Shown piece by piece: positions 54,687 through 64,000 of a stretch of 64,000 nucleotides of DNA; position 1 is the first letter of the stretch, and every line of letters begins with the position of its first letter. Where the stretch lies: positions 992,001 to 1,056,000 of the forward strand of contig OY986949.1 in NCBI GenBank assembly GCA_963920595.1, written 5' to 3'. The position numbers and the translations under genes were made by a program. This DNA comes from Eimeria praecox. Taxonomy: Eukaryota. Under the pieces are notes generated by a model that worked only from the letters and a program-made list of their open reading frames with translations, ran no database searches and was not told where the DNA came from.

Positions 54687-55348
54687 AAAACCAGGAAAGA
54701 AAGACAACACTAACAAAGTGGTTGAGACGGTGAAGACCGAAGATATACGAAATTATTAAATTTTATAATTTGGTTTATTCAGGTTTTACAAAATACATGT
54801 AGAGCAACAAACCACAAGTGGGTAGGGTTTAGGCTTTAGGGTTTAGTAGGGTTTAAGGGTTTTCGAGTTTATTAGGGTTTATTAGGGTTTAGTGTTTAGG
54901 GTTTAGTAGGGTTAAATAAATAAGGTTTAGGGTTTAAACTTTAGGATGTAGGGTTTCGTAGGGTTTAGTAGGGTTTTCTAGGGTTAATTAGGGTTAATTA
55001 GGGTTAATTAGGGTTAATTAGGGTTAATTAGGGTTAATTAGGGTTTAGGGTTTAGGGTTTTTGGGGTTTACCTTGCGCGTATATTCCTAGCAGAGTTGAA
55101 CGAACGAGAACAGTAAGCGCAGCTCCGAAGCATGTTCCCGAGAGTAGAACATTTAAAACGGATGCAAATATACTAATATCTTTATTTGTTGGTCCTGATA
55201 ATTGAGAAAATACAAAACCTGCAATAACTGTTGCTTGAGATGCAATTATCCAACAATTTCGTGCAAACCAATCTAATTCTTTCTGTCGAATTTGAATATC
55301 TTCTTTGCTTGCGGAGGTAACAAGAGCATTTTTTAATACAGATAACAT
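53633..55348 (-). CDS. Four-transmembrane protein of unknown function (GLALRG motif), Orai-like topology, about 208 aa
   Basis: Exons 55348-55072, 54166-53914, 53729-53633; phases are consistent, the last exon is the least certain, and the start context is AAAAATG. Four hydrophobic segments: IIASQATVIAGFVFSQL, IFASVLNVLLSGTCFGAALTVLVRSTLLGI, ILRLFLFSLICFILSTFSLVIV, LQTGLACVAAAMAAVTW. Confidence 0.8.
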
Positions 55349-55874
55349 TTTTAATGATATTTATATCCCTTTATTCAATTATTTTACATAATTTAATGCT
55401 ATTTTATGACATTTTCCATCAAAATCCATCAAAGTTAACCCCCAAAATTTAAAAATAATACAAATGATGATGGTGGTTTCTGTCACCGTCACCACCGCAA
55501 GATATTCAGGTGTACGTACACCTCAGAAATCGTCAAATTAATTTGTTTGAAAATTAAAAAATAAATTTAATTTTCATATTTATTGTTTGAAAATATGTAG
55601 ATTCATATATATATTATCGTTAAACACGCAGACAGCCACACAAATGCCGCCGGTCTGCTGCCGACATACACTACTGTACACTAAACCCTAAACCCTAAAC
55701 CCTAAACCCTAGTTAAACCCTAGCTAAACCCAACATAACTTGTTGTAATATTATATTTTCTCAGGTATTAAAAATTTAAATAAACATATAATAAAAAGTC
55801 TTTCTAAAGCTTCTTCAACTCCCCTCCTCATGTGCAGCAGCAGCAGCAGAGACCATCATCAGCAGCAGCAGCCA

Positions 55875-55920
<46 letters not shown>

Positions 55921-56174
55921 AGCTGCAGCAGCTGTGGGTTTTCTGTCTGTACACTGCAGCTGCTGCAGTGGAGTTGATTTAAATTTTATTATATTTTACT
56001 ATTATTATTTTATAATATTATTATTATAAGAACAACCTAATGCGTCTATCAAAGAATCGCTACAAGAACAATACATACATACAAGATGAAGCTAAGGATA
56101 AACGAACGAAGACAAATATAAAAATAAACACAAAAACAGAGAAATTAACATAAACACCATAAATAATCCATCAT

Positions 56175-56209
<35 letters not shown>

Positions 56210-56760
56210 TAGTACTACGCCCCCTACATCTAGCTGTAGCTAGCTATAGCTAGCTCTAGCTAGCTGTACTTGGCTTCAGCTAGCTGTAGTTAACTTCAGC
56301 TAGCTGTAGCTAGATTGAGGTGCATGCAGGAGCAGCGGATGAGCTGCAGCTAGCCGTAGCTAGCTATAGCTAGCTCTAGCTAGCTGTAGCTACCCCTAGC
56401 TAGCTGTAGCTAGCCGTAGCTAGCTGTAGCTAGCCACAGCTAGCCATTAAGAGCAGACTACAGCAGATATCTTGTGCTGGAAGAACCAAATAAATAAGAA
56501 AATCAACAAATAATAATAAATACAAACAAGCAAGAGAAGAAACAGAGAGAGAAAGAAAGAGAAAGACACATAAAATATAAAACAAGAAGAGAGAGAGAGA
56601 GAGAAGCACATAAATAAACAAATATAAAAAATAAACACAAACAGCAGCAACAGCAGCAGCAGATAGACAGGAGCAAAAGCTTCACACGAAGCAGGAGCCC
56701 AAAGGCCAACGCTGCTGCTACTGCTGCTGCTGCTGGTGCTGCTGCTGCTGCTGCTGCTGG

Positions 56761-56808
<48 letters not shown>

Positions 56809-56869
56809 ATGGCTGTCTTCTGTTGCCATTCTTGCTGCAGCTGCAGCACACATGAAGCAGCAAGTGTCT

Positions 56870-64000
<7,131 letters not shown>

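Noticed and set aside
55455..55530. Possible C/D snoRNA (ATGATGA followed by a small hairpin)
   Set aside because: No matching D box or terminal stem was found.

Overview
Eukaryotic, intron-rich DNA saturated with (CAG/CTG)n, telomere-like (AAACCCT)n, (AAAT)n, (TAGC)n and GAGACA repeats. This signature points to a repeat-rich segment of a coccidian (Eimeria-like) genome; the taxon is inferred from composition only. Most ORFs in the six-frame track are repeat artefacts. Manual GT-AG splicing with phase checks gives seven spliced genes: a Cid1/TUTase-type non-canonical poly(A)/poly(U) polymerase (-, runs off the left edge); an HPR/OPR-like helical-repeat protein with a mitochondrial-type presequence (+, head-to-head with the polymerase); a TBC1D23-like TBC-rhodanese-PH protein (-); Sec61 gamma (+); an organellar 2-Cys peroxiredoxin (-); a 208-aa four-TM protein with an Orai-like pattern (-); and an LSD1-like amine oxidase with a C-terminal extended PHD finger (-, runs off the right edge). 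There is also a tRNA-Pro(AGG). Bases 19365-26810 are an apparently exact copy of 11719-19164 across a 200-N gap, most likely an assembly artefact. The best leads are the Orai-like protein (with a relic duplicate exon start in its intron), the divergent polymerase/HPR gene pair, and repeat-based intron architecture. All family calls come from motif recognition, not database searches.
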